A program made the position numbers and the translations under genes. The notes beneath the pieces were generated by a model that was not told where the DNA came from, did not search any database, and saw only the letters and a list, made by a program, of their open reading frames with translations. Shown here piece by piece: positions 37,780 to 50,094 of a stretch of 64,000 nucleotides of DNA. Where the stretch lies: positions 1,463,168 to 1,527,167 of the forward strand of contig MU053482.1 in NCBI GenBank assembly GCA_013239625.1, in the 5' to 3' direction. This stretch comes from Lama guanicoe (taxonomy: Eukaryota). Each line of letters opens with the position of its first letter. Position 1 is the stretch's first letter.

Positions 37780-38222
37780 TGTGTGCCTTTCCTCAGTCTC
37801 TTACCAGGCCAGTGAACATTTCATCAACTTCTTTCAGAGCCACCTGCTAATGCATTTTTTTGAGAATTACTCTTGGAAGAAAGGAACAAAACTGACTGGA
37901 AATGTCTGGGAGTGCACTCACAGGATGCCCCATAGCCATTAGCTTAATGATACAGTGTTTAAAAACAACAATGACAAAAACACCCTGTTGCTGCATGGGA
38001 GGACAACTCTAAATGGTAGGTGCCATTTATGCTCCAGTGCTCCCTGTGGGATCACACTGAAGCTACACTTCAGTGGAGCCCACATCGTTATCTGGCTTCT
38101 CCCCTTGCCTTGTCCTGCTTCTCTCTTTTCTTACAGTTTTCTCCAGAGATCACTCCTCACTAAATCACTTGCGTAAGAATTACAGTATAAGGTCTTGCTT
38201 TTGGAGAACTTGTCATAAGGCA
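37780..38222 (+). mobile_element. Ancient ERVL LTR (LTR16-like)
   Basis: gggaggacaactct...gctccag..ctccctgtgggatca..ctgaagctac...taaatcacttgc resembles LTR16. Confidence 0.55.
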
Positions 38223-39339
38223 GAGTCTCAACATGTACACAGGAATGAGGACTGTATATACTTTATTACATATACATGAAATTTTTTTAAAAGTTAACAT
38301 CAGGTTCTAATTGTTGGCTCGGAGTTCTTCTCCCTACAGGACTAGTTACAACCCTGAACCATCATTGTCAGTCATCTAGCCAAATAGACTGAATTTCTAT
38401 CTCTGGGTCTTATTGCAGTTCTTTCTTGTAGTGCTGGGTTTTCTGCTTCTTGCTAAATAGCTCTGATTACCAGAGATTGATACTTTTTTCTTATGCATCT
38501 ATTCAGAGGACAGTCAGTGAATTCTAAGTTGATACCACTGATTTTCTAGACATGCCCATGATACAATCCGCCAAAGACAGATGGGGCTGCACACTGCTGC
38601 TGCTGCTGCTGTTTCTTTATACCCATCAGTCTATCTTTGCTATTATCTTCATCACTACTTTTCCAAATGCACTGTAAGTCAACTACAAGAAGAGTAATAG
38701 AAATAACAGTGTCATTTTCTGCTAAAAAAAAATTGAAGATACAGACATCACCACTACCCCTCTTCAAATTTGAAGAAGTATGTGCATGCTACATTCTCTT
38801 TATAACACTACTAACAATCTTCCTGGAAATATGAATATGGAGATTTACTCATTTTATTCATTCTTTCACTCAAAAAATTATATTAACTGCCTCTTATATT
38901 CCAGGCACTGTCCTAGACTATAGGAAATACAAGTGACGAACAGCCAAAGATGTCTGCCCACATGGAATTTATTGTCCCTCATCTATAAGGCAGGAAGAAA
39001 AAACAAACTATCATCAAGCATTAAATATGTCAAAAAATTAAAATAGGAAAGAATAATTCTGTACCCCTGTGAAGCAGAGTAGTCACCAATTAAACTAAAA
39101 TCATTTACACTTCCTCTACTAGTTTCCAGCAAGGAATAGGAAGATCAATAGTGGAGATGCAGAAAGAGAAAGCAGATATAAAACATACATAAATAAGGTC
39201 AGAGTAGGAATTACTTGTTTGACCATAAGAGCCATTTTCTTCAATGCAGAAATATTCTATATGAATGGTGAGGATATTCCAGAAGAGAAAAAAAAAGATC
39301 TTATCTAATAGCACTGCCCTTTGTTATTCATTTCAATTA

Positions 39340-41920
39340 CTTTATTTAAAAAAATCATTTTCGTGACCTTTTAAAGATTCTCCATGTCCACATGTAGTTT
39401 GTGCTTCCCTCTCTTCCTGGCCTCAGATAACTGTTGATCTGCCTTTTGACAATATAGATTAATTAGCTTTGCTAGAGTTTTGTACATTAGAATCACACAG
39501 TATGTGCCCCATTGTATCTGACATCTTTCTATCAACATAGTGATTCTGATAATTCATTTATGTTTTGTGCATAACTCAGCCTTCTCATGGCTGAGTAGTA
39601 TTCTATTGCATGGATACACCATTTTTTAAATCCATTCATCTGTTAGTGGGCTTTGAGGTGTTTCCACTTTGGGATTTTTGTGAATAAAGGTGTTTTTAAA
39701 AAGGGGCAAAAAGCTTTATGAACTTTCAAGTAGTCACTGCATGGATGTATGTTTTCACTTGTATTCAGTAAATCTAAAGAAGTGGGCCTCAAGGTCATAT
39801 GGTAGATGTAAAAATATTTACATTTTTAAGAAACATAAACAATTTCAAAGTAGTTTTATGTTTTTATATTCCAAAGTGTGATGCTGAGAATTCCAGTTGC
39901 TCAAAAACCTTGCTAACATTTGATACTGTTCTTTAATTTTAGCCATTCTGAACTGTACAGTTGCAACATTTTTCATTTTAATTTGTATTTCTCTGATGAC
40001 TCATGGTATTAAGTATCTTCTTATGCGCTTACTGGCCATTTGTATGTCTTCTTTTGGAAGTACATGTTCAAAGCTTCTTGCCCTTTTTACAAAGTAGGCT
40101 CATGGTCTTAATATTATTCAACTACAGGAGTTCCTTCTGTGTTCTATATACAAGCCCTTTTTCATGTATATGTAATACAAATATTTCCTCCCCTTCAGTG
40201 TCATGGATTTTTTGTTTGAAGACCAACATTTTAAATTTTGATGAATTCCAGTATGTCATTTTTATTTATTTCATGGCTTGTGCATCTCTGTTCTATCTAA
40301 AAAAAATGTTTGTCTACTCTAAAATAACAGAGATTGTTTTTCATATAATTAGCTCTAAATGTTATAGTTGAGCCTTTGTATTTACACCTATGATACATTT
40401 GAGTTAATTTTCTTGTATAGGATATAAGAGCTATTGTTCATTTTTCCATATGAAGTTCTTGCAATAATATATGCTGAAAATTTTTTCCACATAGAGCTGT
40501 CCTTAACATTAGTTCAAAATGTATTGGCCTGTATGTTTAACATATCCATAAATCTATTGTGGATCTATTTATCAACTATCTTTTTTGTTCCTTTGATCTG
40601 TATGTTTCTCTTTTCCCCAGTACTGTACACTCTTGATTACCTTAGCTTTATAGTAAGTCTTGAAGTCAAGGAATACAAATCTTCCAACTGTATTCTTCAT
40701 TTTTAAAAATTACTTTTTATTATTCTAGTTAGTTTGCACATTCACAGAAAATCAGCTTGTCTACTTATACAAAATATCTTTTAAAAATTTTGATCCATAT
40801 TGCACTGAATCCGTATATCAATTTTTGAAGAATTGGCTTCTTAATAATATTGAGCCTTCCAATCCATGAACATGTGTTTTTTTTGTTTATTTATGTTTTC
40901 TCACCTTGTTTATTTATGTCTTCTTTATTTCCCTCAGCAGTTTCTCTAACTTTTAGTGAAGAAGTGTTGTAAAGTTTTTCTGAAACTTATTCCTAAAAAT
41001 TTACAGTTTTTAACATATTGTAAATATATTTTGTTTTAATCTTTCCATTGTTTGTTACAGTATATAAAAATAAAATTACTTTCTATGTATTATGATTGTA
41101 TTCTGTGATCTTACTAAATGAGTTGCAGATTTCTTAGAATGCTCTGCATAAATACATTTACAGATAGAGCCAGTTTTATTCTTCGTGTTTCATCTCTATA
41201 TTTTTAAAAAATTGTATTGACTTTTAGCAATATCTGGGACTTCCAACATAATGCTGAATAAAATTCGTGATGGTGGACTTCCTTATCTTTTTCCCAAGTG
41301 TAGATGGAAATCATTCAATATTTTACCATTAAGAATTATGTTAGCTGAAAGTTCTTCATAGTTGCCCTTTATCAGATATTATTGCTGGTGTTGATGTTCC
41401 TCTCTTCCTTTTCCTGCCTTCTTCTGGATTATTTGAATTATAAAAATCCCATTAAAATTCTTCCATTGGCATTTTAGGCATTGCTCTTGCATTACTTCTT
41501 TACTGGCTACTGTCAGGATAAGAATATATCTTCCTAAATATCGAGTTTACCTAGATTTAATAAGTTAGTAATTTACATAAAATAAGGAGAACTTAAGATC
41601 TTACATGTTGATTCTCCTGCTTCCACCTTTATACTATTCTTGTCAGATATATGTTTTGCATCTCTATAATAAAGATCTCATCAGATAATATTATATTTGC
41701 TAATTTGATAAGTTTAATTTTATTTTTTATTGAGGTATAGTTGATTTACAATATTAGTATCAGGTGTAAAGCAAACTGGTTCAGTTATACATATATACAT
41801 ATAACAGTTTGATAAGTTTTATGTATTTTAAAGGAATTAAGAGGAATGCATTTTTATATTAAACTAGTATTTACCATTTTAGATTCTCTTCATTCATTCC
41901 TGAAATTCAGAGACACATTT
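39340..41920 (-). mobile_element. Ancient L1M (3' end plus ORF2) with a nested short L1 tip at 41716-41807
   Basis: T-rich antisense L1 text. The nested tip has TSD tttgataagttt at 41704-41715 and 41808-41819. Confidence 0.75.
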
Positions 41921-42937
41921 TTTTCCTTTATGTCCTGCTTGCATTATCAAGGTCAATGCCACGGCAACAGTGGCTTGATTTCCCTGGAACATGTGAGAAG
42001 CCCAGAGACTGCCTTTTAGAATTGACCAGCTGAAGAGTAGAAGAATGCTTATGCACAGAATTTCACCCTCTAATGGCTGGGGTTGTCCCTGAGACCATAA
42101 TTGCTTCTGAATCTGGGATGTACTTGCCTCTGGACTAGAAGGCTGCTAATGGCTTCCCAGAAGGTCTTAGGTTTCAGAGAAGGAATGGAGCAAGTATTAA
42201 AGTGGAGCTATTAGTCAGTAGTACTGAAAGTGAGAAACTGGCAATGTGAATGAGAATTATCCAGGATAAGTTGTTTGAACTCCTTAGCCTCAATTCTCCC
42301 ATCTGATAAATGAGGATAATAAAGGTACCTACATCATAAAACTGTTGTGAGAATTAAAAATGTGAAAACTGTTAAGCATAATTCTTGGCAAGAAGTGAGC
42401 CCTGAATCAATGTTCCATAAGGCACTACTCAGGAGGCAACACTTTGAGGTTACTGACAGTGAGAGGCTCTTTCTTATCTGGAAGTCATCCAAACCCCTTT
42501 TTACTTTGTAGTTTTCTATGTAACTTTCAAGGCTTTCACTTTCTTACTTATGATATGATAATTAATGTACATGCCTTAAATTATTTTGTTATTTAAAATT
42601 CAACTTTACATCAACTTCCACTACGTATTCCCCAAAAGTAGTTAACAGCATGTTTTAAATTATCAATACAAAATACTTATCAAAAACACATACTGAATGG
42701 ATAAATCTAAGGTTATCTTTTTTATACCTGAAATTTGGTACTATTTCTTTATCAAAAATATCAAAGAAAACTTGGAACCAATATTTATGTCTAAGACAAT
42801 TTATTGTATTATACTTTCTGATAATTATTAAATGAAAGCTATAGAAGTATGTATAAACAGCTAGATAGAGGCAAAAGAATAAATTGACCACTTGAGGATT
42901 GACTTGGATATTGCGCTGCTCAATATCTACTACAGAA

Positions 42938-43097
42938 CATAATGATGTTCCATGTTGTTTTTGAATTCACATTTGAATCTCTAGAGTCTTTAGAGATTTA
43001 TCCCCAAGGGCAAACAAAAATTAGAGATAGCTTTATAACCAAATTAACCATAATTTTTCACAGAAAGATGAGTGAGTTCTTATTCCAGGAGGTAAGA
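42938..43097 (+). promoter_or_regulatory. Putative promoter and first non-coding exon of OR5P copy 3
   Basis: TAATGA at 42940-42945, TCCCCAAGGG at 43001-43010, donor AG|GTAAGA at 43092. Confidence 0.6.
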
Positions 43098-44709
43098 TTT
43101 TGGCTCTTGTTAATGAATATGATGTACTGATTTTCATTTACCGTTTGAGAACTCTACTCCCCAAAATTATATCTGTACTCACAAGTTATACCTGGGGAAC
43201 AGGGCAGATATAATCAAGCAGTTAGTAAACAACTTTAGCTGAATCGCTATGTCTACCCTCAACTGCACATGAATAAACAGGTATAGTCCATGTCAAGAAT
43301 TCCTCGTGTATCTACCTATAAGATGGAAACTCATATAGTCTTTCAATACTCTCCAACCTCAGCACTAAAGCATAATGTTAGTAAATTTACTATCAGGATG
43401 CTTTAGGCATTTACCGGTGTTTAAAGATTTAAATATTTAAAAATTTAGACATTGGAAACATATTTACATAAAGACTTGTTTTGTTTATGGGTCTGATGCT
43501 TTAGCTTCAAGAGAGTAACACATTAGGTAAAGTCCAGGATGTAAGTCAGAAATTTTGGAGATGAGTACCACTATGTGGTGATCCTTCTTAAGTTTTTGAG
43601 CCACACTTTATTCAGCTACATATTATGCTGAAAATAATATTTCATTCTATAAAACTCTAATTAGAAAGTGTTGTTAAAGTAGGAAGTGATTTGATTGTTT
43701 GAATAAATGTATTTTATTTATGTAGAAAATATCAATCATGCTTTTTGCATAGAAATTATGCCAATATTTCAAGCTACTCGATAAAATAATATTTTTAATT
43801 TAAAAATCTAGTAAATTTATAACAGGTAACTTTATTCATAAACTTAATTTGAAATTGGTTTCTGTTATATTATGAAGAAACTTTTATTTCTTTAAAAATA
43901 TTCTTAAGTGATAGATATTATGAAATATATAACTAACTAGGTATCTCTTTTATACATAACTGCCAGAAGGCTTAAAGGATAGCCCGTCATTCCACACATT
44001 GCCAGGTGAATTGGACTTCATGCTCAGTATTATTTATTAAACAGTTACTAAAGGAATGGGTAGTCAGACTTTCCTGGGGTTCATATTGTGACTCTACCAA
44101 TTGCTACAGAGCTTTGTGCAATTTATATAACTTCCTTAGACTCCATTTATACACTTAAAAAATAATGAATGCAATTAATATTATTTTATGAAAAAATAGA
44201 CTATATATATACTAATTACACTATATAGACTAAATTATAAGCATAGACTATATATGTATACAAACTATATTACAAGCATATAAATACAAAATTCTTAAGC
44301 CTATGCTTACAATTTAGTAAGCATGTAGTAAAAGTTAGCTATAACTCAAGTCTTTATTACAAAACGCTACATCTTTCTTTTTTTTATATTATAATTACTG
44401 GTCTTTTTTGTTACTGTCATCTGTCATATTTTCTTTCCTTTAAATCTACTTTAAGTGCATATTTAGAAACAATATAATACAAAAGGTAAAAGACATTATT
44501 TCAAGGAAGTTTTCTGACTATTTTGCTAAAAGTAATTTTAAAAATACAGATAGACTCATAATTGCATGTAAATATGGATCAATTCTTGGATATCTTTATT
44601 TGTAATCACATCCCATATACGCATTAAAGAAACTGAAATCATCAAAATTATAACTCCTTTAATATACTGTTTCATCTCAGGTTCCTTTTGGTAGCAGCTG
44701 CATAATCTC

Positions 44710-45654
44710 ATGGATTCCCTGGGAGATGGGAACCACACTGCAGTGACAGAGTTCATTTTACTGGGCTTAACAAATGACCCAGTCCTTCGAATCATCCTCT
44801 ACATGATCATCCTATGTATCTACCTGGTGACCATATCTGGCAATCTCAGCACAATCATTCTTATCAGAATCTCTTCTCAGCTCCACCATCCTATGTACTT
44901 TTTCCTGAGCCACTTGGCCTTTGCTGACATGGGCTATTCATCTTCTGTTACACCCAATATGCTTGTAAACTTCCTGGTGGAGACAAATACCATCTCCTAT
45001 CATGGATGTGCCATGCAGCTTGGTTCAGCTGGTATCTTTGGGACAGCTGAGTGCTTCATTCTGGCTGCCATGGCATATGATCGCTTCGTGGCAATCTGCA
45101 ACCCACTGCTTTATTCCACCAAAATGTCCACACAAGTCTGTGTTCAGTTACTTACAGTGGCTTATATTGGTGGTTTTCTCAATGCTTCCTCCTTTACTAT
45201 TTCCTTCTATTTTTTACTCTTCTGTAGACCAAATCGAGTCAATCATTTTTTCTGTGATTTTGCTCCTTTGGTTGAACTCTCCTGTTCTGACATCAGTATC
45301 CCCACAACTGTCCCCTCATTTACGGCTGGCTCCATCATTGTGGTCACAGTGACTATCATAGCCATCTCCTACATCTACATCCTCATCACCATCCTGAAGA
45401 TGCGCTCCACTGAGGGGCGCCACAAGGCCTTCTCCACCTGCACGTCCCACCTCACAGCGGTCACTCTGTTCTTTGGCACCATCACATTCATTTATGTGAT
45501 GCCCAAGTCCAGCTACTCAACTGACCAGAACAAGGTGGTGTCTGTGTTCTACATGGTGGTGATCCCCATGTTGAACCCGCTCATCTACAGTCTGAGGAAC
45601 AGTGAGATTAAGGGGGTCCTGAAGAGACAGCTTGGCAGAAAAATATTTTCTTAG
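44710..45654 (+). CDS. OR5P2-like: Olfactory receptor OR5P2-like, copy 3; 314 aa
   Basis: Intact ORF with the same motifs. Acceptor tctcag| at 44680, 29 nt before the ATG. Has FCRPN where the paralogs have FCGPN. Confidence 0.95.
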   Translation: MDSLGDGNHTAVTEFILLGLTNDPVLRIILYMIILCIYLVTISGNLSTIILIRISSQLHHPMYFFLSHLAFADMGYSSSVTPNMLVNFLVETNTISYHGCAMQLGSAGIFGTAECFILAAMAYDRFVAICNPLLYSTKMSTQVCVQLLTVAYIGGFLNASSFTISFYFLLFCRPNRVNHFFCDFAPLVELSCSDISIPTTVPSFTAGSIIVVTVTIIAISYIYILITILKMRSTEGRHKAFSTCTSHLTAVTLFFGTITFIYVMPKSSYSTDQNKVVSVFYMVVIPMLNPLIYSLRNSEIKGVLKRQLGRKIFS

Positions 45655-45923
45655 TGAAACCAGTTATTTCATAGGGTTTGATATAATAATATGTCATAAA
45701 TATAAAAATTGAGTGTCTGTGGTTTAAAATATCCATCCTATGTGATTAGCCAGGGCACAGCTTTTTAGTAAAGGTAGGGGATGGATTTTCAGATATAAAA
45801 TTATAAGTCAGAGACCATAGTGAGTTTTCCTTTAATAAAATAAAATAAAATTTATTAATTAAGAAAAACAAATTGATTCCCATGAAAAATAATTAAACTT
45901 CTATTGCTTTAAAACTTCATTCA

Positions 45924-48900
45924 GCTTTTCCCCATTAAGTATGATGTTAGCTGTGGGTTTGTCATATATGGCCTTTATTATGCTGAGGTATGTTCCATCT
46001 ATGCCCACTTTCTGGAGAGTATTCATCATAAATGGATGTTAAATTTTATCAAAAGCTTTTTCTGCATCTACTGAAGTGATCATATGGTTTTTATTCTTCA
46101 ATTTGTTAATGTATCACATTGTATCACACTGATTGATTTGTGGATATTGAGAAATTCTTGCATCCCTGGGGTAAATCCCACTCGATCACGGTATGTGATC
46201 CTTTTAATGCATTGTGGGAGCTGATTTGCTAGTATTTTGTTGAGGATTTTTGCATCTATATTCATAAGTGATATAGGCCTATAATTTTCTTTTTTTGTGA
46301 CATCTGTCTAGTTTTGGTATCAGGACAACCTTATAGAACAAGGTTGGAAGTGTTCCACCCTCTGCAATTTTTTGGAATAGTTTCAGAAGGAGAGGTGTTA
46401 ACTCTTCTCTAAATATTTGGTAGAATTCCCCTGTGATGCCATCTGGTCCTGGACTTTTGCTTGTTGGGAGTTTTAAAATTACTGATTCAATTTCAGTTCT
46501 GGTAATTGGTCTGTTCATATTGTCTACTTCTTCCTGGTTCAGTCTTGGCAAATTATGCCTTTCTAAGAAATTGTCCATTTCTTCTACATTGTCCTTTTTG
46601 TTGGCATATTGTTGCTCATAGTAACCTCTTATGATCCCTTGTATTTCTGTGGTATCGGTTGTAACTTCTCCTTTTCCATTTCTGATTTTATTAATTTGGG
46701 CCCTCTCTCTTTTTTTCTTGATGAGTCTGACGAAAATTTATCAATTTTGTTATCTTTTCAAAGAACCAGATTTTAGTTTTATTGATCTTTTCTATTGTTT
46801 TTTAAGTCTCTATTTCATTCATTTCTGCTTTAATCTTTATGATTTCTTTTCTTCTACTAACTCTGGGTTTTGTTTGTTCTTCTTTCTCTAGCTGCTTTAG
46901 GTGTAAGATTAGGTTGTTTACTTGTGATTTTTCTTGTTTCTTGAGGTAGGCCTGTATCACTATAAACTTCCTTCTTTGAACTGCTTTTGCCCCATCCCGA
47001 AAGTTTTAGATCTTTGTGTTTTCATTTTCATTTGTCTCAAAGTATTTTTTAATTTCCTCTTTGATTTCTTCAGTGATCCATTGATTGTTTAGTAGTATAT
47101 TGTTTAGCCTTCACATGTTTGCAGTTTTTGCAGTTTTTTCTTGTAGTTGATTTCTAACTTTATAGCATTGTGGTTGCATTTCCTCTAAGATCAGGAATAA
47201 GACAAGATGCCCACTCTCACCACTTTTATTCAACATAGTTTTGTAAGTCTTAGCCATAGTAATCAGAGAATAAAAAGAAATAAAAGGAATCCAAATTGGA
47301 AATGAAGGAGTAAAACTGTCACTGTGTGCAGATGACATGATACTATACATATAAAACCCTAAAGAAGTTACCAGAAAACTATTAGAACTCATCAATGAAT
47401 TTGGTAAAGTTGCAGGATCCAAAATTAATATATAGAAATCAGTTGCACTTCTATATACTAACAATGAAATAGCAGAAAAAGAAATTAAGGAAACAAAACC
47501 ATTCACCATCACACCAAAAAGAATAAAATACCTAGGAATAAACCTATCCAAGGAGGCAAAAGAACTGTACTCCAAAAACTGTAAGACACTAATGAAAGAA
47601 ACTGAAGATGACATAAACAAGTGGAAAGATATACAGTGTTCTTGGATTGGAAGAATCAATATTGTTAAAATGGCCATACTACCCAAGGCAGCATACAGAT
47701 TCAATGCAATCTCTATCAAATTACCAATGACATTTTTCACAGAGCTGGAATAAAAAGTGTTAAAAATTTGAATGGAAAAACAGAACACCTGAATAGCCAA
47801 AACAATCTTGAAAAAAACAGAGTTAGGGGAATTACACTCCCTGACTTCAGACTATACCACAAAGCTACAGTAATCAAAACAGCATGGTACTGGCACCAAA
47901 AAAACAGACACATAGATTAATGAAACAGACATAAAGTAAGTTCAGAAATAAACCCACACACTTATGGTCAATTAATCTATGAAAAAGGAGGCAAGACTAT
48001 ACAGTGGAGAAAAGACAGCCTCTACAATAAGCGGTGCTGGGAAAACTGGACAGCTACCTGTAAAAGACTGAAGCTAGAACATTCTCTAACACCATATACA
48101 AAAATAAATTCAAAATGGATTGAAGACTTAAACGTAAGACTAGATACTATAAAACTCCTAGAGGAAAACATAGGCAGAACACTCTTGGACATAAATCACA
48201 GCAATATATTTTGAACTAGCTCCTAGAGTAATAGAAGTAAAAGCAAAAATAAACAAATAGAATCTAATTAAACTTAAAAGCTTTTGCACAGCTAAGGATA
48301 CCATCAACAAAATGAAAAGAAAACTTACAGAATGGGAGAAAATATTTGCAAATGATGTGACTGACAAGGGACTAACTTTCAAAATATACAAACAGCTCAT
48401 GTACCTTAATATCAAAAAAACAAGCAACCCAATCAAAAAATGGGCAGAAGACCTAAATAGACATCTCTCCAAAGAAGGCATCCAGATGGCCAAGAAGCAA
48501 ATGAAACGATGCTCAACATCACTAATTGTTAGAGAAATGCAAATCAAAACTACAATGAGGTATCACCTCGTGGCAGTCAGAATGGCCATCATCAAGAAGT
48601 CTACAAATAAGTTCTGGACAGGGTGTGGAGAAAAAGTAACCCTCCTACACTATTGGTGGGAATGTAAATTGGTGTAGCCACAATGGAGGACAGTATGAAA
48701 AGTTTGCTTAAGAAACTAAAAATAGACTTACCATATGATCCAGCAATCCCACTCCTGGGTATATATAAGAAAAACATAATTGAAAAAGACACATGCACCC
48801 CAATGTTCATAGCAGCATTATTTACAATAGCTAAGACATGGAAACAACCCAAATGTCCATCAACAGATGACTGGATAAACATGTTGTATATAGATACAAT

Positions 48901-49323
48901 GGAATACTTCATCCACGAAAAAGAATAAAATAATGCCATTTGCAGCAACATGGATGGACCTGGAGATCATCATTCAAAGTGAAGTAAGCCAGAAAGAGAA
49001 AGGAAAAATGCCATATGATATTGCTTATATGTGGAATCTTAAAAAAAAAGGACACAAACTAACTTATCTACAAAACAGAAACAGACTCAGACATAGAGAA
49101 CAAATTTATGGTTAACAGAGGTTAAAGAGGGTGGGAAGGATAAATTGGAAATTCAAAAAAATCACTTTGGGGAGTGGTGGAAATGTTACCTATCTTGATT
49201 GTGGTAGTGGTTTCATTGGTGTACATATGTATCAAAATTCACCAAAGTGTACACCTGAAATATGTGTAATTTACTGACATGAACCATACCACAATAAAGG
49301 TGTTAAAAGTAAATTAATTAATT
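45924..49323 (+). mobile_element. 5'-inverted (twin-primed) L1: minus 45924-47175, plus 47176-49160, then a foreign L1M 3' end
   Basis: ORF2 in both orientations ([17 protein letters not shown].. on minus; LCADDMILY and the C-terminus on plus). TSD aa[c/t]ttcattca at 45913-45923 and 49324-49334. Empty site in the paralogs. Confidence 0.9.
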
Positions 49324-50094
49324 AATTTCATTCATATATTTTTTCCAAACTTTCTACTCTGCCATTAGTTAAGATTATTGTACCTCCAAACCTTTAAGAC
49401 TGTGTCCATTTTCAACAGCAATTTATCCTGAAATAAGTGTGATAACTTTAGTTATGACTGAGTATATTCTGAGAGGAAATGACAAAAGGGAATCAGAAAG
49501 TTTCTGGAGGTGTTCTTGTAGGAATGGTGTCTGCTGAGGATGGACTTTATGGTCCCATAAGTTCTGGCCGGTGTTCCCGGTCTCTAGCTCCAGTCACCAT
49601 GCAGAGGGTCCCCAGAGAAGAAAAGGGTGAGATGTCCCTGACTGACCTGTGAATTCTGTCAGGTCCAAAGAGGTGACTTCTCTGTGGGAAAAAGAGGGTC
49701 CCTAAACTCCTCAGAGACTGAGTGGAACAAACTCTTAGAGTGGATTGTTCATAGTCAGGCCTATATCCTGCTTAGGAAGGCGAAAGGAGCTGGATTTTCT
49801 GTCTCTGAATTTTGGCTGCCCCCTGGAGAGACTTCATCTACCTCAATATGCTGACAACAAACAAATTTATTGACCTTTCCTGCCCCCCATTTCATGTTTC
49901 AGACACAAATTATATCTTTGCTGACTGACTCATGGGGCATTCATCATCTCATTCATTCATTTGTTCTTTCATACAGTCAGAATTATATCAAGTTATTCTT
50001 ATATTCCAGAAGCAGTCATAAGCCACTGGTAATATAGTGACAAACATGTAATATACTTGCCCTCATAGAATTTATCTTATAGTTTAGAAGACAC

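Noticed and set aside
38594..38611. (CTG)6 giving polyQ in a short minus-strand ORF
   Set aside because: Short microsatellite with no sign of an exon.
47111..47800. 229-aa minus-strand ORF
   Set aside because: Antisense of L1 ORF2, a common artefact.
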